Both the position numbers and the translations under genes were made by a program. 64,000 bases of DNA from an uncultured Actinomycetota bacterium (GTDB taxonomy: Bacteria; Actinomycetota; Actinomycetes; Propionibacteriales; Nocardioidaceae). Shown here piece by piece: positions 21,425-30,197 of this stretch. Below the pieces are notes generated by a model. That model had not been told where the DNA came from. It made no database searches and saw only the letters and a program-made list of their open reading frames with translations. Numbering within the stretch: position 1 is the first letter of the stretch; each line of letters begins with the position of its first letter. The stretch lies in assembly GCA_963740325.1 (NCBI GenBank), contig CAVUDQ010000002.1, forward strand, positions 118,773 through 182,772, given 5' to 3'.

Positions 21425-22219
21425 ATGAACGCAACGGTGACGGTGAGCGTGAAGGGACTGCTGGTCGCGGCGCTGGTGATGCTGGCCCTGGTCACGGCGT
21501 ACGTGCTGGGAGGTGCGGGTGGGACGCCGGCCGCGCCCGCCCAGGCGACGCCCGCAGCGACGGAGCAGCCGGCCGGAGACGACGCCCGGACCCTGCGCAT
21601 GGTCGGCACGGGGGAGGCGACCGTGGTGCCGGACATGCTGGGCTTCACACTCTCGGTCACCGCCAAGCAGCCGGACCTCGACGACGCCCTGGGCCAGGCC
21701 AGCGGCACGATGCGTCGGGTGCTGGCCGCGCTGCGCGACCAGGGGGTGCGCGACGCCGACGTGCAGACCACGGGCCTGCAGATGTACCCGGAGTACGACT
21801 ACCCCGCCTACAGTCCGCCGGTGCTCACCGGCTACCGGGTGACCCAGCGGGCCCGGGTGACCGTCCGCGAGCTGGCCGACGGCGGCGAGGCCGTCAGCAC
21901 CGCCGTCGAGACAGGCGGCAACGGCGTCCGGGTCACCGACATCCGGCTCGGGGTCTCTGACCCGGAGGCAGCGCTCGGCGAGGCCCGTGACGCGGCGGTC
22001 GAGGCCGCCACCGCCAAGGCCGAGCAGTACGCCGCCGCGACCGGGCAGACGCTCGGCGACGTGCTCGGTCTCCGAGAGCTGTCCGGGAGCCGCCCGCAGC
22101 CGCAGCCGGTGCTCGCCTACCAGCGGGCCGCGAGTGCCGTGGACCTGGCCGCGGTACCGCTGAGGGCCGGTCGCGACGACCTCGACGTCAGGGTCGAGGT
22201 GGTGTGGGCCTTCGAATAG
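21425..22219 (+). CDS. SIMPL (DUF541) domain protein
   Basis: N-terminal TM; [40 protein letters not shown]. Confidence 0.88.
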   Translation: MNATVTVSVKGLLVAALVMLALVTAYVLGGAGGTPAAPAQATPAATEQPAGDDARTLRMVGTGEATVVPDMLGFTLSVTAKQPDLDDALGQASGTMRRVLAALRDQGVRDADVQTTGLQMYPEYDYPAYSPPVLTGYRVTQRARVTVRELADGGEAVSTAVETGGNGVRVTDIRLGVSDPEAALGEARDAAVEAATAKAEQYAAATGQTLGDVLGLRELSGSRPQPQPVLAYQRAASAVDLAAVPLRAGRDDLDVRVEVVWAFE

Positions 22220-22253
22220 GAGTTCGGTCGGCACGGCCGATAACCTCGGGCGC

Positions 22254-22817
22254 ATGGCGACGACGAACGACCTCAAGAACGGCATGGTGCTCAACCTCGA
22301 CGGCCAGCTCTGGCAGGTCCTCTGGTTCCAGCACCACAAGCCCGGCAAGGGCGGCGCCGTCGTCCGCACCAAGCTCAAGAACGTCGAGAGCAACAAGACG
22401 GTCGACAAGACCTTCAACGCCGACGTGAAGGTCGAGGTCGCCAACGTCGACAAGCGCACGATGCAGTACCTCTACAACGACGGCACGTCCTACGTGTTCA
22501 TGGACACCCAGACCTACGACCAGCTCGAGGTCGACCCGGCCATCGTGGGTGACTCCAAGAACTTCCTGCTCGAGAACGGCGAGGCGATCGTGGCCACCAA
22601 CGACGGCCGCGTCCTCTACATCGAGCTGCCCGCCTCCGTCGAGCTCGAGATCACCTTCACCGAGCCCGGCGTCGCCGGCGACTCGGCCACCGGCCGCACC
22701 AAGCCGGCCACCCTGGAGACCGGCCACGAGATCCAGGTGCCGCTGTTCATCACCCAGGGGGAGCGGGTCAAGGTCGACACCCGCGACTCCTCCTACCTCG
22801 GCCGTGTGAAGGGCTGA
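22254..22817 (+). CDS. efp: Elongation factor P
   Basis: [42 protein letters not shown]. Confidence 0.98.
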   Translation: MATTNDLKNGMVLNLDGQLWQVLWFQHHKPGKGGAVVRTKLKNVESNKTVDKTFNADVKVEVANVDKRTMQYLYNDGTSYVFMDTQTYDQLEVDPAIVGDSKNFLLENGEAIVATNDGRVLYIELPASVELEITFTEPGVAGDSATGRTKPATLETGHEIQVPLFITQGERVKVDTRDSSYLGRVKG

Positions 22818-22826
22818 CGTCCGCAC

Positions 22827-23237
22827 GTGCCTGCCAGGAGCAAGGCCCGCAAGCGGGCCCTCGACCTGTTGTTCGCCTCCGAGCTGCGGGGCGAGGACCC
22901 CGTGCTCGCCCTCGACCGCGCCGTCGCCGAGGGCGAGGGGCCGACCAACGACTACACGGACTTCCTCGTGCGGGGCGTCGCTGAGCACCGCGAGCGTATC
23001 GACGAGCTGCTCTCGACGTACTCCCAGGGCTGGACCCTTGCCCGGATGCCCGCCGTCGACCGCAACGTGCTCCGGATCGGCGCCTTCGAGATGATGTGGG
23101 TCGACGACGTTCCCGACCCGGTGGCGGTGACCGAGGCGGTGGCGCTCGTGCGCGACCTCTCCACCGACGAGTCACCCGGCTTCGTCAACGGGGTGCTCGG
23201 CGCGCTGCTGCGCAACAAGGAGTCCCTGACCGGGTGA
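22827..23237 (+). CDS. nusB: Transcription antitermination factor NusB
   Basis: ARSKARKRALDLLF, RMPAVDRNVLR, FVNGVL; follows efp. Confidence 0.96.
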   Translation: MPARSKARKRALDLLFASELRGEDPVLALDRAVAEGEGPTNDYTDFLVRGVAEHRERIDELLSTYSQGWTLARMPAVDRNVLRIGAFEMMWVDDVPDPVAVTEAVALVRDLSTDESPGFVNGVLGALLRNKESLTG

Positions 23238-23272
23238 ACCGGACGGCGCACCGCTGGCCCTAGGGTGCCGCC

Positions 23273-24130
23273 ATGGGAGAGATCCAGCAGGCGGCGCAGC
23301 GCGCCCACAAGAGCGACGGCCTCGAGGTCGCCATCCGTGTCGGGCTCGTCGCCTACGGCGTCGTGCACGTCCTCATCGGCTGGCTGGCCGTCCAGGTGGC
23401 CTTCGGCGAGAAGTCCAAGCAGGCGTCCGGCACGGGTGCGCTGCACACCCTCGCCTCGCAACCGCTCGGGGCGGTGCTGGTCTGGGTGGTCGCGATCGGC
23501 CTGTTCGCCCTCGTCGTGTGGCGGGGCCTCGAGGCGTGGCAGGCCTGGCGCACCGAGGACGGCGCCGACCGGGTGAAGAGCATGCTCGGCCAGGTCCTCA
23601 AGGCCGTGATCTACGCCGTGCTCGCGTTCACGGCCCTCAAGACGGCGATCAGCGACACCACCGGCGGTGGTGGCGGTGGCGGGGGCGGCAAGGGCGGCGG
23701 CGGCAAGGGTGGCTCCGGGAGCACCGACAGCCTCACCGCCCAGCTCCTCGCGATGCCGGGCGGCGTGATCCTCGTCGCCGCGGTCGGCCTGGCGGTGATC
23801 GGCTACGCCGTCTACTACGTCTGGCAGGGCTGGTCCGACAAGTTCCTCGAGAAGCTCGACGGCAGCCCGAAGCGTCGCGAGGTCAGCAAGGCCTACCGGA
23901 TGCTGGGGAAGGCCGGGTTCATCGCGAAGGGCGTCGCCATCGGCGTGATCGGTGCGCTCCTCGTGTACGCCGCGCTCACCCACGACCCGCAGAAGTCGGC
24001 GGGTCTCGACCAGGCGCTGCAGGAGATCGCCCAGCAGCCCTTCGGGCAGCTGCTGCTCGTGGCAGTCGGGGCCGGGATCGCCTGCTACGGCGTCTTCTGC
24101 TTCGCCCGCGCCCGTCACGTGTCGACGTGA
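23273..24130 (+). CDS. DUF1206-like membrane protein with a Gly-rich loop
   Basis: Repeated TM modules RVGLVAYGVVH, LGKAGFIAKG, GLDQAL, QPFGQLLL; TAGGGT-N6-ATG. Confidence 0.85.
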   Translation: MGEIQQAAQRAHKSDGLEVAIRVGLVAYGVVHVLIGWLAVQVAFGEKSKQASGTGALHTLASQPLGAVLVWVVAIGLFALVVWRGLEAWQAWRTEDGADRVKSMLGQVLKAVIYAVLAFTALKTAISDTTGGGGGGGGGKGGGGKGGSGSTDSLTAQLLAMPGGVILVAAVGLAVIGYAVYYVWQGWSDKFLEKLDGSPKRREVSKAYRMLGKAGFIAKGVAIGVIGALLVYAALTHDPQKSAGLDQALQEIAQQPFGQLLLVAVGAGIACYGVFCFARARHVST

Positions 24131-24190
24131 CGACGGCCGCCCGGCGCCGCCACGGTGGCGCCGGGTCGGCCGTGATGCCCTCTCGAGGGA

Positions 24191-24430
24191 TCAGCGTCGG
24201 TGCATCAGGGCGCGTTCTTCGCGGTTGGTGCCGGGGAACAGCCCGGGCTCGACGTCGGGGTTGGGCTCGAAGTCGAAGCTGTACGGCTCGCTGATGGACG
24301 GGGACGCTTCCTCGTCCAGGACGAGGGTCGCGACGCCGTAGCCGGCGCCCGCGGCGAGCACGGCGCCGGCGAAGGCAACGGCGGCGGTGGTGGCTGAGAT
24401 GCGGTGCGGGTGGGTGGTGTGGACGGTCAT
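24191..24430 (-). CDS. Small single-pass membrane or secreted protein (79 aa), divergent from the SARP-STAND regulator
   Basis: GGAGAGG RBS; TM AAVAFAGAVLAAGAGYGVATLVL followed by an acidic Pro-rich tail. Confidence 0.65.
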   Translation of the reverse strand: MTVHTTHPHRISATTAAVAFAGAVLAAGAGYGVATLVLDEEASPSISEPYSFDFEPNPDVEPGLFPGTNREERALMHRR

Positions 24431-24503
24431 GACGGGTCCTCTCCGGGTGTGGTGGTCGTTGTCGGTGTGGTGTGCGTTGTCATGTCCCGGTTCTCGCCCA
24501 CTG

Positions 24504-24543
24504 CGGTACCGGGACGGTGCGTTGCCGGTAACGCCCCGGTAAT
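24504..24543 (-). promoter_or_regulatory. Four heptameric direct repeats at 11-bp period, candidate SARP binding site
   Basis: CGGT at 24504, 24515, 24526, 24537; minus-strand heptamers ATTACCG, GTTACCG, CGCACCG, GGTACCG. Confidence 0.6.
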
Positions 24544-24550
24544 GCCGCTG

Positions 24551-24579
24551 TTGACCGGTGACGCCGACGGGGTCACTGT
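24551..24579 (+). promoter_or_regulatory. Principal-sigma-type promoter of the regulator, leaderless
   Basis: TTGACC-N17-CACTGT-N6-ATG(24586). Confidence 0.55.
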
Positions 24580-24585
24580 CGAGCC

Positions 24586-27500
24586 ATGGGCATCGCGGTA
24601 CTGGGCCCGCTGGAAGTCGACGGGGGGAACGGCGCGTTGGCGCGTCGGGACCGGGTGGTGCTCGCGGTTCTCGCGATGCGTGCCGGCGAGGTGGTTCCCG
24701 CGGATCAGCTGGCCGACGCGCTGTGGCCCGAGGGGCCGCCCGCCACCTGGAGCAAGGCGCTGCAGGGCACGGTGGTCCGGCTGCGCAAGCTGCTGGGTGC
24801 CGCCGCCATCGAGACGGTGGGGCACGGGTATCGGCTGGCGTTGCCGCCGAGCGAGATCGACGCCCACGAGTTCGAGCGGTTGATGGGGCGGTCCCGGGAG
24901 CTGCTGGAGCTGGGTGAGCCGGAGCGGGCCGGGTACGGAGCGGCGGAGGCCCTGGGGCTGTGGCGCGGGACGCCGCTGGCCGACCTCGAGGAGTGGGAAC
25001 CGGGCCGGACGGAGGCCGACCGGCTGGAGGAGCTGCACCGCGACGCCGAGGAGCTGCGGGTCGATGCCGCGTTGCGCAGCGGCCGGCACGGCGAGGTACT
25101 GGGTGACGCGCGGCGGCTGGTCGAGCAGGCACCGCTGCGGGAGCGTCGGTGGGAGCTGTTGGCGCTTGCGCAGTACCGCGCGGGGCAGCAGGCCGACGCG
25201 CTGCGGAGCCTGCAGCAGCTGCGCCGGGTCCTGGTCTCCGAGCTCGGCCTGGACCCCGGTCCGGAGGTGCTCGCCCTCGAGCAGGCGATCCTGCGGCAGG
25301 ACCCCGATCTGTTGCCGCTGATCACCGTGGCGGAGCCCAGCGAGACCTGCCCCTACCTGGGCCTGGTGCCGTACGGGGTCGGCGACGCGGAGACGTTCTT
25401 CGGCCGGGAGGCCGAGGTCGAGGCGTGCCGACGCCGGTTGCCGAGCGCGGGTGTGGTGGCGGTGGTCGGCCCCTCGGGCTCGGGCAAGTCCTCGCTGGTC
25501 CGTGCCGGGTTGGCGGCCGCGCTGGAGCGGGACGGGGAGCGGGTGGTCGTGATCACGCCGGGGCGCCACCCGCTGGCGGCGCTGAGCGCCGTCCCGCCCA
25601 GGGGCCCGCCGGTGGTGGTGGTCGTGGACCAGGCCGAGGAGGCGGTGTCGCTGTGCGAGGACTCGGCCGAGGTGGGCCAGTTCTTCGAGGCGCTCGCCGC
25701 GCACGCCGCCGGGCACGCGACCGGGGGCGGACTGGTGCTGGCGCTGCGGGCCGACCGGTTGGGTGACCTGGTCGGGTACGGCGAGATGTCCCGGCTGGTG
25801 GAGCAGGGGCTCTACCTGCTCACGCCGATGACCGCGGAGTCGCTGCGGGCCGCGATCGAGGGGCCGGCGCGGCAGGCGGGGCTGCGGCTCGAGCCGGGCC
25901 TGGTCGAGCTCCTGGTCGCGGAGGTGGAGGGGCAGCCGGGTGCGTTGCCGCTGCTGTCCCACGCGCTGCGGCAGACCTGGGAGCGACGTGAGGGTGGGGT
26001 CCTGACTCTCGAGGGCTACCGGGCCACCGGCGGCATCCGGCAGGCCGTGGCCCGGTCGGCCGAGCGGGTGTATGAGGAGCTGCCGCTCGAGCAGCGGACG
26101 ATGCTGCGCGACGTGATGCTCCGGCTGGTCACCCCCAGCCCGGAGGGGGCGCCGATGCGCAGCCGGGTGCCGCGCCGGCTGCTGTCCACCGATCCCGCCC
26201 ACGACCAGCTGATGGAGCGGCTGGTCGCCGCCCGGCTGGTGACCAGCGACGACGGCGTGGTGGAGCTGGCCCACGAGGCGATAGCCCGGGCGTGGCCGCG
26301 GCTGCAGGGCTGGCTGGACGACGACACCGAGGGGCAGCGGGTGCTGCGGCACCTCTCGGTCGCCGCCGACACCTGGGACACGATGGGGCGGCCCGACGAC
26401 GAGCTCTACCGCGGCACCCGCCTGGCGCAGGCGCTCGAGTGGCGCGCCCGGGCTGCGCCCGACCTGACCCCGGTCGAGGTCGACCACCTGACGGCGGCGG
26501 AACGCCGCGCCCGCCAGGAGGAGCAGTCCGCCCTGGAGCAGGCGCGGTCCCAGGCCCGGGTGAACCGGCGGCTGCGCGGTCTGCTGGTGGGGGCAGCGAT
26601 GCTGCTGGTAGCAGCGATGGTGGCCGGCATCCTCGCCGTACGGCAGGCCAACCGCGCCGCCGACGCCACCGAGACCGCCGTGGCCCAGCGTGCCGCGGCG
26701 CAGGCGCAGCTCGCCGGCACCGTGGACCGGGCGCTCGCGCTGGCGGCCGCCGCCCATCACGTCGAGCAGTCGTCGGAGTCGCGCGCCGGACTGTTGGCCG
26801 CCCTGGCCCGGATCCCGCAGCTGAGCGCGGTGCGGCCGAGGGGCGGCGTCTTCCTGGAGGCCAGCCCGGACGGCCGCACCCTGGTCACCCTCGACACCGA
26901 CCACCGGTTCTGGTTCCACGACACGAGCACCCTCGAGCTCGTGGGCGGGTACGACCCGTACCCCGATCGCGACGTGCACGGGATCACCTCCAACGGGTCC
27001 CACCTCGCTTTCGACGCCGACGGGACCCGGCTGGCGGTCGCCCTGCTCGACGTGACCGACGGCGTCGTCGAGGTGCTCGACCCCGCGACGTACGAACCGG
27101 TTGCCGCCCAGCCGGGTGGTCAGCCCGACGGTGCTCTCCCCATCGACGTCAAGCTCAGTGCCGATGGCCGCTACCTCGCGGTCAGCGTGGCACTGCTCGA
27201 GTCCTCTGCCGGGCAGGGGCACTGGGTCTACGTGTGGGACCTGACGCGGCCGGAACAGCCGCTGCGCCGGATCGAGATGCCCAGCGACACCTTCCACATC
27301 GACTTCTCGCACGATGGCCGGCTGCTCTACGCCGCCCCGGGCAGCCAGTCCGGCGCCGCGGGCACGGGCCTGCGGGTCTACGACGTGCGGACCGGGCAGC
27401 TGACCGACCGGCGTGGCGGCGGCGGCCAGGGGCTCGAGCTCAGCCCGGACGGCCGGACGCTGGCCTACGGTCAGGGGGACGAGGTCTTCCTCTCCGACGC

Positions 27501-28803
27501 GGCGACCGGCGACATCACGCACCGGTTGCGCGGGGCCGAGGGGGTGGCGCGGATCGCGTTCTCGACGGGCGGCCGCTTGGTCGCCGCGGTGTCCGATGCT
27601 GCGTATGTCTGGGAGACGCACTCCGGCCGGTTGCTGGAGAAGATCCCTCTCGAGGCGCCGACGCTCGACCTCGCGTTCGACACGTCCGGTGACCGGCTCT
27701 TCGTGCCGTCGGACGGCCGGCTGCTCGCCCTCGACCTCACCGGCGCCAACCGCTACGTGCAGCGGATCTCGGATGCCGACCCAGACCCGCCACCGGTGGG
27801 TACCGGATTCCGGTACGCCTCCCCGTACGTGCCGATTGCCGCGCGCAACGGTCCGATCACCACGTCGGGAAGGGTGAACACCTTGGAGGACCTGCAGTTC
27901 GAGCCCCGGAGGACCGGTGGGACCACCGCCCGACTCGGCCTCAGCGGTCTGGGCAACACCTACGACTCCCACGCCTGGTCACCCGACCGTCGCCACCTCG
28001 CCTACGGCGACCCCAACGGACGGATGCGGATCGTCGACTGGCGCGCTGGGACGGAGATCGCTCGCCGCAGGTTCCCGGTCCGACAGCTCGCCTACACCTC
28101 GGACGGGACCCGCATCCTCGCCGGGCGGCCCTCTGGCCTCGTCATGCTGGATGCCCGCACCCTGCGCGAGACCACGGAGCTGCTCTCGCTCCCGGACCGA
28201 CTGATCATCCACGCCGATGCCGGTCCCGGTGACGACACCGCCGTCGTCGTGACCGCCCAGGACACCGGCGCCGCCCGCGACCTGTTCACGGTGGCGGACC
28301 GCTGGCTCCTGATCGACCTGCAGACAGGGGACACGCTGCGGGAGGGGCGGCTGCACGCTTCGGCATCTTCGATGGCCGTGTCGCCGGACCGCACCAGGAT
28401 GGCGGCTGCCTCCGACGGTGCCGTGGAGGTCGTCGACCTGCGCTCCGGCGAGTCGACGGTGTCTACCGAGACCAGCACCGCCGCCAAGGCGGAAGGAGGG
28501 GTCACCTTCTCACCTGACGGTGCGCTGCTGGCTTCCGCCGACGTCCTCGGCGACGTGAGCCTGTGGGACGGCACCACGGGAGCGCCGCTCGGCACCGTCC
28601 ACGTGGGGGAGGACGCCACGGTACCGGTGTTCCTCGACAACCGGCAGCTGCTGCTGCCCTATCCCGACGGCTCGACGTTCGTGTGGGACACCAGCGCGCA
28701 GTACGCCGTGGACACGGCCTGCCGGATCCTCGGCCGCGGGCTGAGCCGCGAGGAGTGGCGGGTGGCTTTCGGCGACCGACCGTTCGAGGAGGTGTGCGGG
28801 TGA
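24586..28803 (+). CDS. AfsR/SARP-type regulator: wHTH + BTAD + nSTAND NTPase + WD40-like beta-propeller
   Basis: IAVLGPLEV, ALGLWRGTPL, PLRERRWELLALAQYRAGQQADAL, GLDPGPE, CPYLGL, Walker A GPSGSGKSS, VVVDQAEE, PGALPLLSHAL, a TM-like segment, then repeated FSPDG/LWD blades. Confidence 0.9.
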   Translation: MGIAVLGPLEVDGGNGALARRDRVVLAVLAMRAGEVVPADQLADALWPEGPPATWSKALQGTVVRLRKLLGAAAIETVGHGYRLALPPSEIDAHEFERLMGRSRELLELGEPERAGYGAAEALGLWRGTPLADLEEWEPGRTEADRLEELHRDAEELRVDAALRSGRHGEVLGDARRLVEQAPLRERRWELLALAQYRAGQQADALRSLQQLRRVLVSELGLDPGPEVLALEQAILRQDPDLLPLITVAEPSETCPYLGLVPYGVGDAETFFGREAEVEACRRRLPSAGVVAVVGPSGSGKSSLVRAGLAAALERDGERVVVITPGRHPLAALSAVPPRGPPVVVVVDQAEEAVSLCEDSAEVGQFFEALAAHAAGHATGGGLVLALRADRLGDLVGYGEMSRLVEQGLYLLTPMTAESLRAAIEGPARQAGLRLEPGLVELLVAEVEGQPGALPLLSHALRQTWERREGGVLTLEGYRATGGIRQAVARSAERVYEELPLEQRTMLRDVMLRLVTPSPEGAPMRSRVPRRLLSTDPAHDQLMERLVAARLVTSDDGVVELAHEAIARAWPRLQGWLDDDTEGQRVLRHLSVAADTWDTMGRPDDELYRGTRLAQALEWRARAAPDLTPVEVDHLTAAERRARQEEQSALEQARSQARVNRRLRGLLVGAAMLLVAAMVAGILAVRQANRAADATETAVAQRAAAQAQLAGTVDRALALAAAAHHVEQSSESRAGLLAALARIPQLSAVRPRGGVFLEASPDGRTLVTLDTDHRFWFHDTSTLELVGGYDPYPDRDVHGITSNGSHLAFDADGTRLAVALLDVTDGVVEVLDPATYEPVAAQPGGQPDGALPIDVKLSADGRYLAVSVALLESSAGQGHWVYVWDLTRPEQPLRRIEMPSDTFHIDFSHDGRLLYAAPGSQSGAAGTGLRVYDVRTGQLTDRRGGGGQGLELSPDGRTLAYGQGDEVFLSDAATGDITHRLRGAEGVARIAFSTGGRLVAAVSDAAYVWETHSGRLLEKIPLEAPTLDLAFDTSGDRLFVPSDGRLLALDLTGANRYVQRISDADPDPPPVGTGFRYASPYVPIAARNGPITTSGRVNTLEDLQFEPRRTGGTTARLGLSGLGNTYDSHAWSPDRRHLAYGDPNGRMRIVDWRAGTEIARRRFPVRQLAYTSDGTRILAGRPSGLVMLDARTLRETTELLSLPDRLIIHADAGPGDDTAVVVTAQDTGAARDLFTVADRWLLIDLQTGDTLREGRLHASASSMAVSPDRTRMAAASDGAVEVVDLRSGESTVSTETSTAAKAEGGVTFSPDGALLASADVLGDVSLWDGTTGAPLGTVHVGEDATVPVFLDNRQLLLPYPDGSTFVWDTSAQYAVDTACRILGRGLSREEWRVAFGDRPFEEVCG

Positions 28804-28807
28804 GGGG

Positions 28808-30145
28808 TCACCCGAGCTGCGCCACCGCACTCACCACCGCCTCGACCTCTTCGGGCGCGGTGACGATGCTCGGGCCGAGCCGGAGGTAGGACTCCCGGTA
28901 CGGCGTGGCGCTGGCCACCACGCCGAGCTCACGCAGCTCCAGGACGGCGTTGGCCGGGAGCATCCCGCGCACGTCGACGCAGACGATCCCGGCCGAGAGC
29001 TCCGGGTCGACGGGCGTCACCAGGGTGATCCCGTCGATACCGGTCAGTCCTTCCTTGAGGGCCGTCGCCTGCTCGACCGTGCGGGCCGCCACCCGGTCGC
29101 GGCCGATCCGCTCGTGGAACGCGAACGCCTCCGAGAGCGCCCAGCGGTGCTCGAAGTCGTGGTAGCCGCCCGGGGTCAGTCGTTGCGCCTCGCCCGGTCC
29201 CGAGAACGTCGGGATCAGCTCGGTCAGCGGCTGCCAGTCGCGGGCCCAGAGGACACCCGTCCCGCGGGGCCCGAAGAGCCACTTGTGGGTCCCGGTGGCG
29301 AGGAAGTCGCACCCGAGGTCGGGCAGGTCGACGTCGACGGCGGCGAAGCCGTGCACCCCGTCGACGCAGAACCGGATCCGCTCGGTGTCCGCCCGGTCGC
29401 GGTTGGCCTCCGCGACGACCGCACCGATGTCGGTGATCGGCAGCCGGACCCCGGTGCTCGAGTGGACCCACGTCACCGCGACCACCCTGGTGCGCTCGGT
29501 GATCCCCTCCGCCAGCCGCGACGTCAGCTGGTCGACGGTGGCCGCCACCGGGTCGTCGTAGAGCGTGGTGGGTCGCAGCTCGGCGCCGGTGCGGCGGGCG
29601 AGCAGCCCGAGCGCGGCCTCGGTCGAGTAGAAGTCGTGGGTGGTGGTGAGGACCTCGTCGCCGGGCGCCAGATCCAGGCCGCCGTACATCAGCGAGATAC
29701 CCATCGTGGTGCTGTCGGTGAGCGCGAACTGGCCAGGAGAGCCCCCGGCGTACGACGCTGCCGCTCTCCGTACCGCCTCCTCGAGCGACTGGCCCTCGTG
29801 GAGCGCCGCCTCGGTGTCGATGTCGAGGCGGGCCCTGTGGTGGGCGATCGCCGCCGACACCTGGGCGGTGTGCGGCGACAGCACGTACGCGGCGAACTGG
29901 GCGTCCTCGGTCGCGAGCGGGAACTGGGCGCGGACCGACGCCCAGTCCCCGGGATCGAAGTCGGGCACGACGAGGTCCCCGGGACCGGGCATCACGGTCG
30001 GTGCGGTTGACGCCGACGGGGAGGGCGTGGCGCCGGCCGGGACCGGGTCACGCCTGGAGGTGCAGCCGGCGAGGACTCCCGCTCCGCCGGCCAGTCCGAA
30101 GCCGAGCAACGCCCGGCGGCTCGTGGTGGTCGCCTCGTATCGCAT
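28808..30145 (-). CDS. Class V PLP-dependent aminotransferase-like protein with Tat signal and lipobox
   Basis: SRRALL twin-arginine motif, LAGC lipobox; VTWVHSSTG, CVDGVHG, DFLATGTHKWLFGPRGTG. Confidence 0.85.
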   Translation of the reverse strand: MRYEATTTSRRALLGFGLAGGAGVLAGCTSRRDPVPAGATPSPSASTAPTVMPGPGDLVVPDFDPGDWASVRAQFPLATEDAQFAAYVLSPHTAQVSAAIAHHRARLDIDTEAALHEGQSLEEAVRRAAASYAGGSPGQFALTDSTTMGISLMYGGLDLAPGDEVLTTTHDFYSTEAALGLLARRTGAELRPTTLYDDPVAATVDQLTSRLAEGITERTRVVAVTWVHSSTGVRLPITDIGAVVAEANRDRADTERIRFCVDGVHGFAAVDVDLPDLGCDFLATGTHKWLFGPRGTGVLWARDWQPLTELIPTFSGPGEAQRLTPGGYHDFEHRWALSEAFAFHERIGRDRVAARTVEQATALKEGLTGIDGITLVTPVDPELSAGIVCVDVRGMLPANAVLELRELGVVASATPYRESYLRLGPSIVTAPEEVEAVVSAVAQLG

Positions 30146-30197
30146 GGCCCATGGTGGCCCAGCCGTCGCCGCTTGACGAGGCTGACAGGGTGGCCGC

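Noticed and set aside
23659-23720. Gly-rich GGC/GGT run in the DUF1206-like gene
   Set aside because: Low-complexity loop expansion without further supporting structure
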